Assembly: GCA_035498035.1 (NCBI GenBank)
Contig: DATKAN010000025.1
Coordinates: 17,190 to 81,189, forward strand
Direction: 5' to 3'
Origin: Nitrospiria bacterium
GTDB lineage: Bacteria; Nitrospirota; Nitrospiria; JACQBZ01
Length of the DNA: 64,000 bases
Below, piece after piece: positions 17,232-26,551 of the stretch. Below the pieces are notes generated by a model, which worked only from the letters and a program-made list of their open reading frames with translations, had not been told where the DNA came from and made no database searches. A program made the position numbers and the translations under genes. The stretch's first letter is position 1. Every line of letters begins with the position of its first letter.

Positions 17232-18008
17232 ATGTTCAGAATGAAGCTTGGCCTCATCCTGGCCGTATGGCTCGTCTTGGCGTTCTCGACCCAAACCCAT
17301 GCGATCGAATTCAAAGTTTATTTCTATTCAACGCCGGGCGAAGGAGAGACGGAGCTCGCCTATTGGTGGACTTATACCGCCAAATCGGAACATTCCTACG
17401 ATTACTTCGGGGAGCTCTTGGACAAACAGGGCCTTCAACAGCATTCGCTGGAGGTCGAATACGGACTGACGGACCACTGGACCATCGGGGGTTACGCCGA
17501 TTTTCAACAACCGAAAGACGGGGATTTCAGATACGTCCAGGCGCGGGCGGTCGTTTCGCGGTATCGCTTTTTTGAGCAGGGCGAGCGCTTTCTCGACGGG
17601 GCGATCGAAGTCGAGTACAACCTTCCCCGCGAGAAGTACAGCGCAAACGAAGAGCTCGAGGCACGGGTTATTCTTGAAAAAGACCTGGGCCAATTCTCCA
17701 TCGTGGTCAATCCAATATTTGAAAAAGACGTCAGCGGACCCGAGGTCGACCAAGGGATGGAATTCCAGTACGCCACGGGTCTGTACTACAGGGCGTCTCC
17801 CCGCCTGACGCCTGGCGTCGAATTCTACGGCGATATGGGTCCGTTGGGCCATCTGGACCCCAAAAGCCAGCAGCAGCATTATATCTTCCCGCGTCTGGGA
17901 CTCAAATTTTCCCGCAGCGTCAATCTGGACATCGGATACGGTTTCGGACTGACCAAGGGCAGCGACGATCAGGTGATCAAAGCCATTTTGGAGTTTGAGT
18001 TCCTATAA
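17232..18008 (+). CDS. Putative outer-membrane beta-barrel protein
   Basis: Signal peptide MFRMKLGLILAVWLVLAFSTQTHA. Alternating aromatic/polar strands. C-terminal ...EFEFL. GGAGAG SD. Confidence 0.5.
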   Translation: MFRMKLGLILAVWLVLAFSTQTHAIEFKVYFYSTPGEGETELAYWWTYTAKSEHSYDYFGELLDKQGLQQHSLEVEYGLTDHWTIGGYADFQQPKDGDFRYVQARAVVSRYRFFEQGERFLDGAIEVEYNLPREKYSANEELEARVILEKDLGQFSIVVNPIFEKDVSGPEVDQGMEFQYATGLYYRASPRLTPGVEFYGDMGPLGHLDPKSQQQHYIFPRLGLKFSRSVNLDIGYGFGLTKGSDDQVIKAILEFEFL

Positions 18009-18013
18009 ATACG

Positions 18014-19195
18014 ATGTCACCGCTCCCCATCCTCGTAATCAAAGCCCATGCCGTTAAGCGATTGAAGACCGGCCATCCCTGGATTTTTTCGAATGAATTG
18101 ACCCGGCTGCCGAAGGAACTGGAACCCGGGCAAGCGGTGGATATCCAAAACCATCGTGGAGAATGGATCGGCCGCGGGTACTTCAACCCCCGATCGCTCA
18201 TCGCGGTCCGGCTCTTGAATCGGGAGCGGACGGAGATCAACGAGGATTTCCTGGAACAAAAAATATCTCAGGCGCAGGCGCTCCGCGGCCAGTGGCTCGG
18301 CGGCGAAGAAGCCTGCCGGGTCGTCTACGGGGAGGCCGACGGCCTCCCGGGCTTGATCATCGACCGATACGGTCCCGTCTGGGTGGTCCAGTTCCTGACC
18401 GCCGGGATGGACCGTTTGACCGAGCCGGTGCTTCGGATCTTGATCAAACGGTTTCGGCCGGCCGCCGTGGTGGCGCGCAACGACACCGCAAGCCGGGCGC
18501 TCGAAGGCCTTGTCCAAGATAAACGGCTTCTCTACGGGGCGCTACCGTCCCCTCTCGTCATACGGAAAAACGACCTTTCGTTTGAGGTGGATGTCTGGGA
18601 AGGGCAGAAGACCGGTTTCTTTCTGGATCAATCCGAGAATTACCGTTGCCTCGATGGGATGGTACGAGGCGCACGCGTGCTGGATGCCTTCTGTTACACC
18701 GGCGCATGGGGACTCCATGCCGCACGGTACGGCGCAGGAGAGGTGATCGGTCTGGACAGTTCGGAAAAGGCCGTCTCTGAGGCTCAGGCCAACGCCCGAC
18801 GAAACGGCCTGGCCTCCGCCAGCACGTATCTTCAAGAGGACGTTTTTGACGGGCTCCGTCGGCTATACAAAGCGAAGAAGCGCTTCGATTGTGTCATCCT
18901 TGATCCGCCGGCCTTCGCCAAAAGCCGTCAAAAAGTCAAGGAAGCCGTGCGTGGATACAAAGAAATCAACCGGCTGGCGATGATGCTGCTGTCGCCGGGC
19001 GGGGTTCTGGTAACCTGTTCCTGTTCGCATTTGATCGGCCAATCCTTGTTTCGAGAGATTCTCGTTTCGGCCGCCGCCGATGCCGAACGATCCTTTTATA
19101 TCACGGCCTGGCGCACCCAGGGCCGGGACCATCCGATCGATCTGGCCATTCCGGAGACGCAATATTTGAAATGCGTTTTCCTTCAAGCCAAATAA
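18014..19195 (+). CDS. rlmI: 23S rRNA m5C1962 methyltransferase RlmI (PUA + SAM MTase)
   Basis: N-terminal PUA-like region. SAM-binding and catalytic motifs (VLDAFCYTGAWG, ILDPPAF). Confidence 0.8.
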   Translation: MSPLPILVIKAHAVKRLKTGHPWIFSNELTRLPKELEPGQAVDIQNHRGEWIGRGYFNPRSLIAVRLLNRERTEINEDFLEQKISQAQALRGQWLGGEEACRVVYGEADGLPGLIIDRYGPVWVVQFLTAGMDRLTEPVLRILIKRFRPAAVVARNDTASRALEGLVQDKRLLYGALPSPLVIRKNDLSFEVDVWEGQKTGFFLDQSENYRCLDGMVRGARVLDAFCYTGAWGLHAARYGAGEVIGLDSSEKAVSEAQANARRNGLASASTYLQEDVFDGLRRLYKAKKRFDCVILDPPAFAKSRQKVKEAVRGYKEINRLAMMLLSPGGVLVTCSCSHLIGQSLFREILVSAAADAERSFYITAWRTQGRDHPIDLAIPETQYLKCVFLQAK

Positions 19196-19205
19196 GCCCG
19201 TCTTC

Positions 19206-20225
19206 CTAGCGATTCGCGGCCGGCGGGGTATGAGGGGATTTTGGCAATCGGGCTTCGGAATGAACAGATCCACCCGGAGTCAAGGTATCAACGAGATGGC
19301 CGATGAGATAAGGGGTCAGAACCATCCCCCGATCTTCCGTCGTCAACTCAAGGCTTCGCAGGAGCGGGGCATAGTTATTTAAGGGAAAATAGAAATAGCC
19401 GAGGGCTGAAGTCAAGGCGAGAAACAACGCCAGCATCAGAAAAACCTTTATCTGAGGAAGGACGCCTCGGGCCAGCCCCTTGATCCGGATCCGATTGATG
19501 GCGTACCCGAACCGGTTGCGCAAGGACTCCTTCTTGACCGGATCCAGACCGACCTTCACCGCATCGTAGAGGCCGATCATCCACATCAAAAAAAAGAGGG
19601 GGGAAATTCCCGCGGCCGCGACGACCATCCACTCGACCGCGATTCGGTCGTCAATCGTCGCCAGCATCGGCCAGATGAAAAAGATTGAAACCGGCGCCGT
19701 CACGGCGGCGAAGCCGGCGGCGGCGAAGATCAGAAAGAAAAAGGCCTTCTTCGGTTGACCGTTGAGAAGCTGCCCCCAACCGGGAAGCAGGAAGGAGCAG
19801 AGCGCAACCAGCATGGGATGTTTGATGCCCTCAAAGGGCCTGGTCCGCTTTTTTTCGGCGCCGTAATAGGCATGGAGAACGTTGAATATCCAAACCATCA
19901 GACCCGTCAGCCAGAAGGCTCCGGTTCCCATCAAGGCATTGGACCGGGTGATATGAAAGGTTTCCAAATAAGGGGCAAGAATAGGCCAGTAGACGATGAC
20001 CAGACACGGGACCCCGTAGAAATTCGCCATCAGGAGAATAAAGAGGAGGCCCCATTTCCATTCCCGGTTGTAAACCTGGCCCGTTCCCCAGACCCAAAGC
20101 GATAGTGTGGCCGCAAGAGCGGGGTTTTTACCCGACTCCGTCGGTCCCGGCACCTTCGCGGGGCTTCCATCTTTTTTATCCGATTTTATTGTCGGGTTTT
20201 CGAGAACCCACACCTTTTCAGGCAT
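19206..20225 (-). CDS. Multi-pass membrane protein with duplicated GxGQ motif (uncharacterised)
   Basis: Repeated WGTGQVYN / PGWGQLLNGQ motifs each followed by TM helices. Confidence 0.5.
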   Translation of the reverse strand: MPEKVWVLENPTIKSDKKDGSPAKVPGPTESGKNPALAATLSLWVWGTGQVYNREWKWGLLFILLMANFYGVPCLVIVYWPILAPYLETFHITRSNALMGTGAFWLTGLMVWIFNVLHAYYGAEKKRTRPFEGIKHPMLVALCSFLLPGWGQLLNGQPKKAFFFLIFAAAGFAAVTAPVSIFFIWPMLATIDDRIAVEWMVVAAAGISPLFFLMWMIGLYDAVKVGLDPVKKESLRNRFGYAINRIRIKGLARGVLPQIKVFLMLALFLALTSALGYFYFPLNNYAPLLRSLELTTEDRGMVLTPYLIGHLVDTLTPGGSVHSEARLPKSPHTPPAANR

Positions 20226-20391
20226 TTCCCAACCTCGGGACGGATTATAAAAAAATATAGCATCCAGGCGCGGACTTGTCTATATTCCAATCCCTTGAAT
20301 TAGCGGATCTAAATTGCATTACCGAGCCCTAAAATGGGATACTTGATCCCTGCCGTGACGCAGGCTAAGAAATTGACCGGGAAGAATCGAA

Positions 20392-20751
20392 ATGACAGGC
20401 CATGAGATCGGATTGTTAAAAGGATATATGTTGGACCTCGTCGAACAGGCCCGACAGGAATCGATGACTTATCAAACGGCCGGATATCAGGAACAACCCT
20501 ACACCCCCGATCAGGCCCTCATGGATCTTCTGGCGATCCTGGACGACCGGCTGGAATCCGAAGGCATCCAGGTCGGACTATCGGAGGAATTCCGGCACCG
20601 GATGTGGGAAATCTGCAAACGGTCGCTCAATTACGTAAAGGAAGAGTCCTGGCTTGAGGCCAACCTCAGCACGAGCCGGCCAAGCAAAGCGGAGGTACGA
20701 TCCATCGCCTATCGCTCGCTGCTGGAATTCATTGAGGGTCACGAAAATTAA
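20392..20751 (+). CDS. Hypothetical protein
   Basis: 119-aa ORF with coding-like composition. No family recognised. Confidence 0.4.
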   Translation: MTGHEIGLLKGYMLDLVEQARQESMTYQTAGYQEQPYTPDQALMDLLAILDDRLESEGIQVGLSEEFRHRMWEICKRSLNYVKEESWLEANLSTSRPSKAEVRSIAYRSLLEFIEGHEN

Positions 20752-20775
20752 GTACGCGGTCCGCGGGGGGGCGGT

Positions 20776-21402
20776 TTAGAGTTTCAGGCTGATCGAAACT
20801 CCGTCGCGCAGCGGGAGGATCGTCGTGAAGAGTTGCGGGTCCGTGGAAATGAGTCGGTTGAAGGTTTGGATCCCGAGGGTTGACGGCTCTTCCGATGGCT
20901 TGACGACCGAACCGGACCAGAGCACGTTGTCCGCGATCAGCAAGCCGCCTTTTCGAATTCGCGGCACGGCCTTTTCAAACGCCGCGGGGTAACGGGCCTT
21001 TTCGCAATCGATCAGGATGATATCGAACGAACCGTGTTGACGATCGATGATCTCCAGGGCGTCCCCCACCTCGATCTGAAGGCGGGAGAGCAGCCCGGCT
21101 CGTTTAAAGAAATCGCGGGCCAGGCGTACGTTTTCTTCTTCGTCATCCGTGTAAACGACCTGACCCCGGCCGTCCATCCCCTTTAAAAACCAGTAGGCCG
21201 AGTACCCGAACCCGGAGCCAAATTCGAACACCCGCCCGGCGCCGATCATGCGGGCCATCTGGCTCAGAACCCTCCCGACCAGCGGTCCGACGATGGGAAA
21301 CCGCATCTTCTCGGCGGACCGCTCCATCTCCGACAGGACCTCATCCCGAGTCGGAAGGAGTCGCATCAGATAGCTCTCAAGGTCCGGATGGAGGATGTCC
21401 AT
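20776..21402 (-). CDS. Class I SAM-dependent O-methyltransferase (family 3, caffeoyl-CoA OMT-like)
   Basis: VFEFGSGFGYSAYW SAM motif and DCEK / DNVLW motifs. Confidence 0.75.
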   Translation of the reverse strand: MDILHPDLESYLMRLLPTRDEVLSEMERSAEKMRFPIVGPLVGRVLSQMARMIGAGRVFEFGSGFGYSAYWFLKGMDGRGQVVYTDDEEENVRLARDFFKRAGLLSRLQIEVGDALEIIDRQHGSFDIILIDCEKARYPAAFEKAVPRIRKGGLLIADNVLWSGSVVKPSEEPSTLGIQTFNRLISTDPQLFTTILPLRDGVSISLKL

Positions 21403-21448
21403 TGGATGGCCCTTCCTTAGTGCAATTTTTATCTGAAGAACCCCGGCT

Positions 21449-22060
21449 TCACGGCCGGGGATTGCGATCGCTATTCGGATTCAAACCCGTCATCAGGGTC
21501 CGAACCCGCGGATCCAGCGGCATCGCCAGGGCCATTTGACGGGCGGCCGTGCTCATTTTAGTCCAGGTGCCTTCCAGGATCCGACGGACCTTCGCCTCAT
21601 CCCATCGGGCCAGATAATCCTTCAGTTTGATCTCAAGAAAGGCAAGTACATCAGCATCCTCCAGGAGTTGCGTGTCCGGATCGCTCGGATGGCGATGTCC
21701 GTTTATGATCCGCTTGACCTCCCGTATGACCGCGTCCGAAAAACCGACCCGCTTTAAGATCTCGTCCGCGACATCGGCCGCATGAGCCGCCGTCGCCGCA
21801 CGCCATTGATGATACCCGCCGACGTCCATGCGATACCGGTCGCGGGGAATCTCCCAACGCCTTAAGGTGTGCGAACGCGCCGCCAGGCGCACCGCTTCGG
21901 ATGCGGAGACATCGAGCCGTTCGACACAGGCATAAACCGTCTTGGCAAAGATAAGTTCGCGAGGATGTGACTTCCCGCCGAACCGCTGCCGCCGGGGATC
22001 CTGACGGTTGATCCGGTCGAATTCTTTTAGGGCTTTTTCAAGAAGTGTCTGCGTCTTCAT
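21449..22060 (-). CDS. DUF4202 domain protein
   Basis: N-terminal pattern LEKALKEFDRINRQDP typical of DUF4202. Confidence 0.55.
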   Translation of the reverse strand: MKTQTLLEKALKEFDRINRQDPRRQRFGGKSHPRELIFAKTVYACVERLDVSASEAVRLAARSHTLRRWEIPRDRYRMDVGGYHQWRAATAAHAADVADEILKRVGFSDAVIREVKRIINGHRHPSDPDTQLLEDADVLAFLEIKLKDYLARWDEAKVRRILEGTWTKMSTAARQMALAMPLDPRVRTLMTGLNPNSDRNPRP

Positions 22061-22085
22061 GGGAATGCGTTAAGATACCGGTGAG

Positions 22086-22631
22086 ACAAAAATGCGCACT
22101 GAAGCGGTTCGTAAGCCGAGTTCTGTGCCCCTTTGGATCGCTCCGCCGGGGTGGCGATCATTTCTCTGGGATCCCGATTACTCGGGACCTCAAGCAACCA
22201 ACCCGTTCCGCCTATTATATTCGGGAGCCCGTGCGGCAAAGAAGGACCGAAGGTCCACCGATGCCCCCGCCCCCCGCGCTCGCGCCGGCGAAGCCGGCCG
22301 CTCGCTTATAATTTCGAACGGGCCGTTCTATGGCCCTCACGGACCAGACGGAACCTATTTGGTCTTGCTCCGGATGGGGTTTGCCGTGCCCCCGTCATCA
22401 CTGACGGGGCGGTGAGCTCTTACCTCGCCGTTTCACCCTTGCCCGTATGCGTCCGAGATGGCTGGAGCTCCCTGCCACCTCTTTCGCACCGTCGGCGGTC
22501 TGTTCTCTGTGGCACTTTCCGTCCCCTCGCGAGGCCTGGGCGTTACCCAGCATCCCGCCCTCTGGAGCTCGGACTTTCCTCACCCCGCGTGCTCGTGCGG
22601 GGCGCGATCACCTGAACCACTTCAGTGCGCA
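22086..22631 (-). ncRNA. rnpB: RNase P RNA (bacterial type A), unusually long (~545 nt)
   Basis: Minus-strand conserved blocks: AGGAAAGTCCGAGCTCC (RC of 22568-22584), GGGTAACGCCCAGG (RC of ~22540), ACAGAACTCGGCTTAC (RC of ~22110). P1 pairing between the 5' GTGCGCACTGAAGTGGTTC and the 3' GAACCGCTTCAGTGCGCA. Confidence 0.75.
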
Positions 22632-22690
22632 CCTCTACTATACAGGGTCTGAAGGCTATACTGCAAGCATCCTTTGTTTTCAGGGGCTCA

Positions 22691-22858
22691 CATCCGGATC
22701 TCTTCCGAGAACCTCAATTCCGACTCGTCGGCGATTTCTTCCAGGCAGGTGAAGCAGGTGAATGGAAAGGCATCGACCGGCAGGGTGCAGGCCTCCGCGG
22801 TCAGGGTGTCGGTTTCGACGGCCGGGCCGCTGCAGGATTTATGAATGAGCACGATCAT
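22691..22858 (-). CDS. Small cysteine-rich protein (56 aa)
   Basis: MIVLIHKSCSGP...EACTLP...FTCFTCLEE, directly downstream of the DUF4124 gene. No SD evaluated. Weak. Confidence 0.3.
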
Positions 22859-22881
22859 GGTTTCGGCCCTTTTCCGGTAGC

Positions 22882-23496
22882 TTACTTTTGGTTTACGGTA
22901 TCCTCGATCACCTTGAGGCGGTCGGTCTCGTCCTTTTTCAAATCCTCGGCCCTCTGCCGGGGCGATGAAACGGTCTCGGTTTCCACCGAAATCGTGCCGC
23001 CTAACCGTTCGGCCTGAACCCGGAGATAAATAAAATAGCAGAGATAGGCCGTGGAGATCACGATCGCCAGCATCCCCAGCCGGAGAAATATTTTCACGAA
23101 AGCGACATCGGTAAGTTTCTGTAAGAATTTTAAGACCCACAAGCTTAAAAGGGCCGTGGGCAGAATCGCGAGGATCATCACCCGGTAGGCCGCGGGCTGG
23201 CTTTCAACCCATTTTCGGAGACGGGTCGTGAAGGATGGCCGCACGGTTATCGTTGGCGGAGACGACGCTGGCATCCTGACGGCCGGCGGCAGTTCGACCA
23301 CCTTCGCGGACGATCGGTATTTAGCCGGGATGCGTGAAAGATCGTCCGTGAAGACCTCCACGCCGTTTCGATCCACGTAGCGGTAGAACGGCCGATCGGT
23401 GCTCTTCCCGGAATCCTGCGCGACGGCCGTCGCCATACCGGACACGACGAACGACAAGAGGCCGACGGTTAGTAGGATGATCGGGGTCCGTTTCAA
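22882..23496 (-). CDS. DUF4124-domain membrane protein
   Basis: Signal peptide then FYRYVDRNGVEVFTDD (DUF4124 core), followed by TM helices. Confidence 0.55.
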   Translation of the reverse strand: MKRTPIILLTVGLLSFVVSGMATAVAQDSGKSTDRPFYRYVDRNGVEVFTDDLSRIPAKYRSSAKVVELPPAVRMPASSPPTITVRPSFTTRLRKWVESQPAAYRVMILAILPTALLSLWVLKFLQKLTDVAFVKIFLRLGMLAIVISTAYLCYFIYLRVQAERLGGTISVETETVSSPRQRAEDLKKDETDRLKVIEDTVNQK

Positions 23497-23538
23497 GCAG
23501 TCTCCGTGGGAGGCATGATCAAGGGTCCTGCAATCGGG

Positions 23539-24945
23539 TTACAAATTGGTCGTGCTGCTGGGAGACTCCGTGCCCAGGACGCGTTCGGCGGCCCGGGCCA
23601 ACTCGGCGTCGTGATCATGATTCAGCGTAAAGATCCGGCACTGGACGATCTTGGCCGGAATGAAATCAAAATACTCCCGCAGGATCTCCTTCGATACGTT
23701 TTTCGTGGAAGGATCGTAAACATATATCTGGAACTCCCCCATGCTCAGGGGATTGAGCGGCCTCGGATCCTGGTTGGCCATGTCGACTTTGAACGGCAGT
23801 TTCCTTAAGGCCGCCGGGAGTTGCTCGCGGATTCTCCGCTCCACCGTCTCCTGATCGAGAAAGGTCCTCCCGCGCTCGCCGCCGCGGGTGGGGAGGGTGA
23901 TGTCGTAGGCCATCTTCCACTTCACATCCCGGTGGAAGATGAGCTGCCATTCGTCGTACAGTTTCCGTTTTTTGGGGTCGGAAGACCGCTTCCACCGGCG
24001 GATTTCCTCCAGCAGCGACCACTCGGTCAGTTGAAGGTATTCCGAGCGATCCTTGACCGGATGATGGGGGAAGATTCTCTGGATCGTATCGTGGAAGATG
24101 TCGCGCAGGTGCAGATCGATCGCCCGCGTCGTCCGGTGGTAATACACGTTCGAATAGAGGTACAGCCGTGTGTTCAAAAACATCTGAAGGGCCGAGAGCC
24201 CCGTCTTGTGAAGGGTGAGGCCCTTGCCCGTGAAAAAGGTGTAGTGGATCAGCCGCCGGATGTCGACGGGACCGACCGCCACGCCGCACATGTACGAATC
24301 CCGGAGGACGTAGTCCATGTTGTCGGCCGTATAGATTCCCCCCAGGATCGGCTGGAGGAATACCAGCCAGCGGGGATACTTGGCGCTGTTCTTTTGCGGA
24401 TCCTTGAGGATCAGAAAGGCAACATGGTCCGGATTGATCTCCTCCCCGCGCCCGAACGGCCCGGAGGGGCTGCGTCGAATCTTTCGGATCAGGCTTCCCA
24501 GTTCCTCCCGGATGATATGCTGCCCCAGAACCTCGTGCGTGATCCCGAATTGGGCCAGGAAATTGTCGTCGAAGAAATGGCCGAAAGGACCGTGGCCGAT
24601 GTCGTGAACGAGGGCCGTGACACGGAGCAGCTCCTCGATGAAATTCTCCGACGGGCAGTCCGGAACGATCTCGGTCAACGAGGCATGGAGGTGGCGGGCG
24701 AACCGCCCGGCGACATGCATCGCGCCGATCGAATGCTGGAACCGGCTGTGCTCGGCGGAAGGATAGACCCAGCGGGCGCTTTGGAGCTGGTAGATATACC
24801 GGAGCCTTTGCATCCACGGAGAGTCGATAAGGTGTTTCTCGGTGATTTCCGGCGGCGCATCCGGATAGGGAACCGTAAACGTGATGTACTCATGGATGGG
24901 ATCGGCGATCAGCGCGTGGCCTTCGTACAGGGAGCCCTTATACAT
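23539..24945 (-). CDS. HD-domain phosphohydrolase (COG1078 / dNTP triphosphohydrolase-like)
   Basis: H...HD motif (HSIGAMHVAG, LVHDIGHGPFGH). Start at MYKGSLYEGHALIADPIHEYI. Confidence 0.75.
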   Translation of the reverse strand: MYKGSLYEGHALIADPIHEYITFTVPYPDAPPEITEKHLIDSPWMQRLRYIYQLQSARWVYPSAEHSRFQHSIGAMHVAGRFARHLHASLTEIVPDCPSENFIEELLRVTALVHDIGHGPFGHFFDDNFLAQFGITHEVLGQHIIREELGSLIRKIRRSPSGPFGRGEEINPDHVAFLILKDPQKNSAKYPRWLVFLQPILGGIYTADNMDYVLRDSYMCGVAVGPVDIRRLIHYTFFTGKGLTLHKTGLSALQMFLNTRLYLYSNVYYHRTTRAIDLHLRDIFHDTIQRIFPHHPVKDRSEYLQLTEWSLLEEIRRWKRSSDPKKRKLYDEWQLIFHRDVKWKMAYDITLPTRGGERGRTFLDQETVERRIREQLPAALRKLPFKVDMANQDPRPLNPLSMGEFQIYVYDPSTKNVSKEILREYFDFIPAKIVQCRIFTLNHDHDAELARAAERVLGTESPSSTTNL

Positions 24946-25411
24946 GGGAGGTCTCCTGCGCCCGGTGGCGGAGATAACGGTACTCCTTGATAAAGTAATA
25001 GGCGCAGGGATAGGCAATCAGGCTCGTGATGATGCCCAACAAGGTCGTTCCGAGAAGAAACGGCTTGAGGTAAGGCTCGAGTTGAGGAATGGCGTTCACG
25101 ATGGTGAGATCCTGCCAATGGATCGGATGCAGGAGCTCGTGCCTCCCGTAGATTTTGACGCCGATCCAGAGGCCGGCCCCGAAGATCGGGGCAAAGGTCC
25201 AGGGGTTGTTTAACAGCGTTCCGAGGACGACCGCGAGCGGATTCAGCCGGAGGACCCAGGCGAGAAAGAAGGCGCTGATGATATGGAGCCCGATAAACGG
25301 CGAACAGGAGATAAATACCCCCAAGGAGAAGGCGGCGGCGATCCGGTGAGGGTTGTCATCCAGATGCAGAACGGACTTGATCTTGTCGCGCCAGTAGGAA
25401 ATCGTGATCAT
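24938..25411 (-). CDS. DUF2062 membrane protein
   Basis: N-terminus KSVLHLDDNPHRIAAAFSLGVFI typical of DUF2062; 3-4 TM helices. Confidence 0.6.
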   Translation of the reverse strand: MITISYWRDKIKSVLHLDDNPHRIAAAFSLGVFISCSPFIGLHIISAFFLAWVLRLNPLAVVLGTLLNNPWTFAPIFGAGLWIGVKIYGRHELLHPIHWQDLTIVNAIPQLEPYLKPFLLGTTLLGIITSLIAYPCAYYFIKEYRYLRHRAQETSHV

Positions 25412-26421
25412 GAATGTTTAAAGTGCTCGTAGCCTTTCACGGTAAGAGGAATCTCGCGATTCCCCTTTCCAACCCAGGTCATCCCTCGCCCCTTGGACAC
25501 GATCTCGCCGATCGGGGTGACCGCCAGGGCCATCCGCTTCGCCGCGGCCTCTGTGGCCGCGGCCTTCGTCCGGTTCACCGTAAAAAGCAGCTCGAAATCC
25601 TCGCCGCCCCGCAGGGCGTAGTCCGCGGCGGACCGATTCAAACGGCGGGCATAGGCGGCCAAGGCGGCTGAAACCGGCAAACGGTCCCGTTCGATCCGGG
25701 CCCCCACACCGCTGGCTTCGCAAAGATGGCGTAGGTCGGAAGCCAGGCCGTCCGAGAGGTCTATCATCGCCGTGGCCCAACCCCGACGGCACAACAGGCG
25801 GCCGAACTCGACACGGGGGTCGGGAAAAAAATGACGACGGACCAGGCGGGAATCCATCCCGGAAGGATTCGGGCGCCTCTTCGTCTTTAATATTTCCAGG
25901 CCCGCCCGGGAGTCCCCCAAGGTGCCGGTGACGTAGATCCGGTCGCCGAACTTGGCCCCGGATCGGGTCACGGCGCTTCCGTGCTCGACCGTCCCAAGAA
26001 CCATAACATTGATCATGAGGCCTTGGCGGGCCGCGGAAACATCTCCGCCGATCAGGGCGACCCGATACCGGCGGGCCAGGGTCAGCATCCCTTGATAGAT
26101 TTCGTCCACGGCCCGAACCGGGGTCCGGCCCGGAACGGCCAGGCTGACCAGAAAAGCGACCGGCCGACCGCCCATCGCGGCGATGTCGCTGAGATTGACG
26201 GCTAACGCTTTGTATCCGATCTGGGGATAAGAGCTGTAGGATCGATCAAAATCGACCGTCTCCACCAGCAGGTCCGTCGTGACGACCCAATCCCAACGGG
26301 ATGAGCTCCGCAGAACCGCCGCGTCATCCCCCGGACCGATTAAGACGGTTCGAGAAGGGGATGGAATCCGGCGAAAGAGGCGTTGAAGCAGCCCGAACTC
26401 CCCCAGTTGACTTAAATTCAT
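25408..26421 (-). CDS. thiL: Thiamine-monophosphate kinase
   Basis: AIR-synthase-related fold: GDDAAVL, DLLVETVDF, GGDVS motifs. Start at MNLSQLGEFGLL. Confidence 0.8.
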   Translation of the reverse strand: MNLSQLGEFGLLQRLFRRIPSPSRTVLIGPGDDAAVLRSSSRWDWVVTTDLLVETVDFDRSYSSYPQIGYKALAVNLSDIAAMGGRPVAFLVSLAVPGRTPVRAVDEIYQGMLTLARRYRVALIGGDVSAARQGLMINVMVLGTVEHGSAVTRSGAKFGDRIYVTGTLGDSRAGLEILKTKRRPNPSGMDSRLVRRHFFPDPRVEFGRLLCRRGWATAMIDLSDGLASDLRHLCEASGVGARIERDRLPVSAALAAYARRLNRSAADYALRGGEDFELLFTVNRTKAAATEAAAKRMALAVTPIGEIVSKGRGMTWVGKGNREIPLTVKGYEHFKHS

Positions 26422-26551
26422 GGGATGCCAGCGAGCATCCGGCTCCATCGCCGGAAGCGCGGGGACGCAGGGGGCATGTAAGGACTCATCTCCTTCTCTT
26501 CCGCAGCGGCCCCCCGATACCGTTTTCGTCCCACCCGATGACCACCCCGGC

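Noticed and set aside
22060-22640. Several short ORFs (for example 22133-22615 +) predicted across this interval
   Set aside because: The region is the RNase P RNA gene (conserved P4 block and P1 pairing). The ORFs are artefacts.
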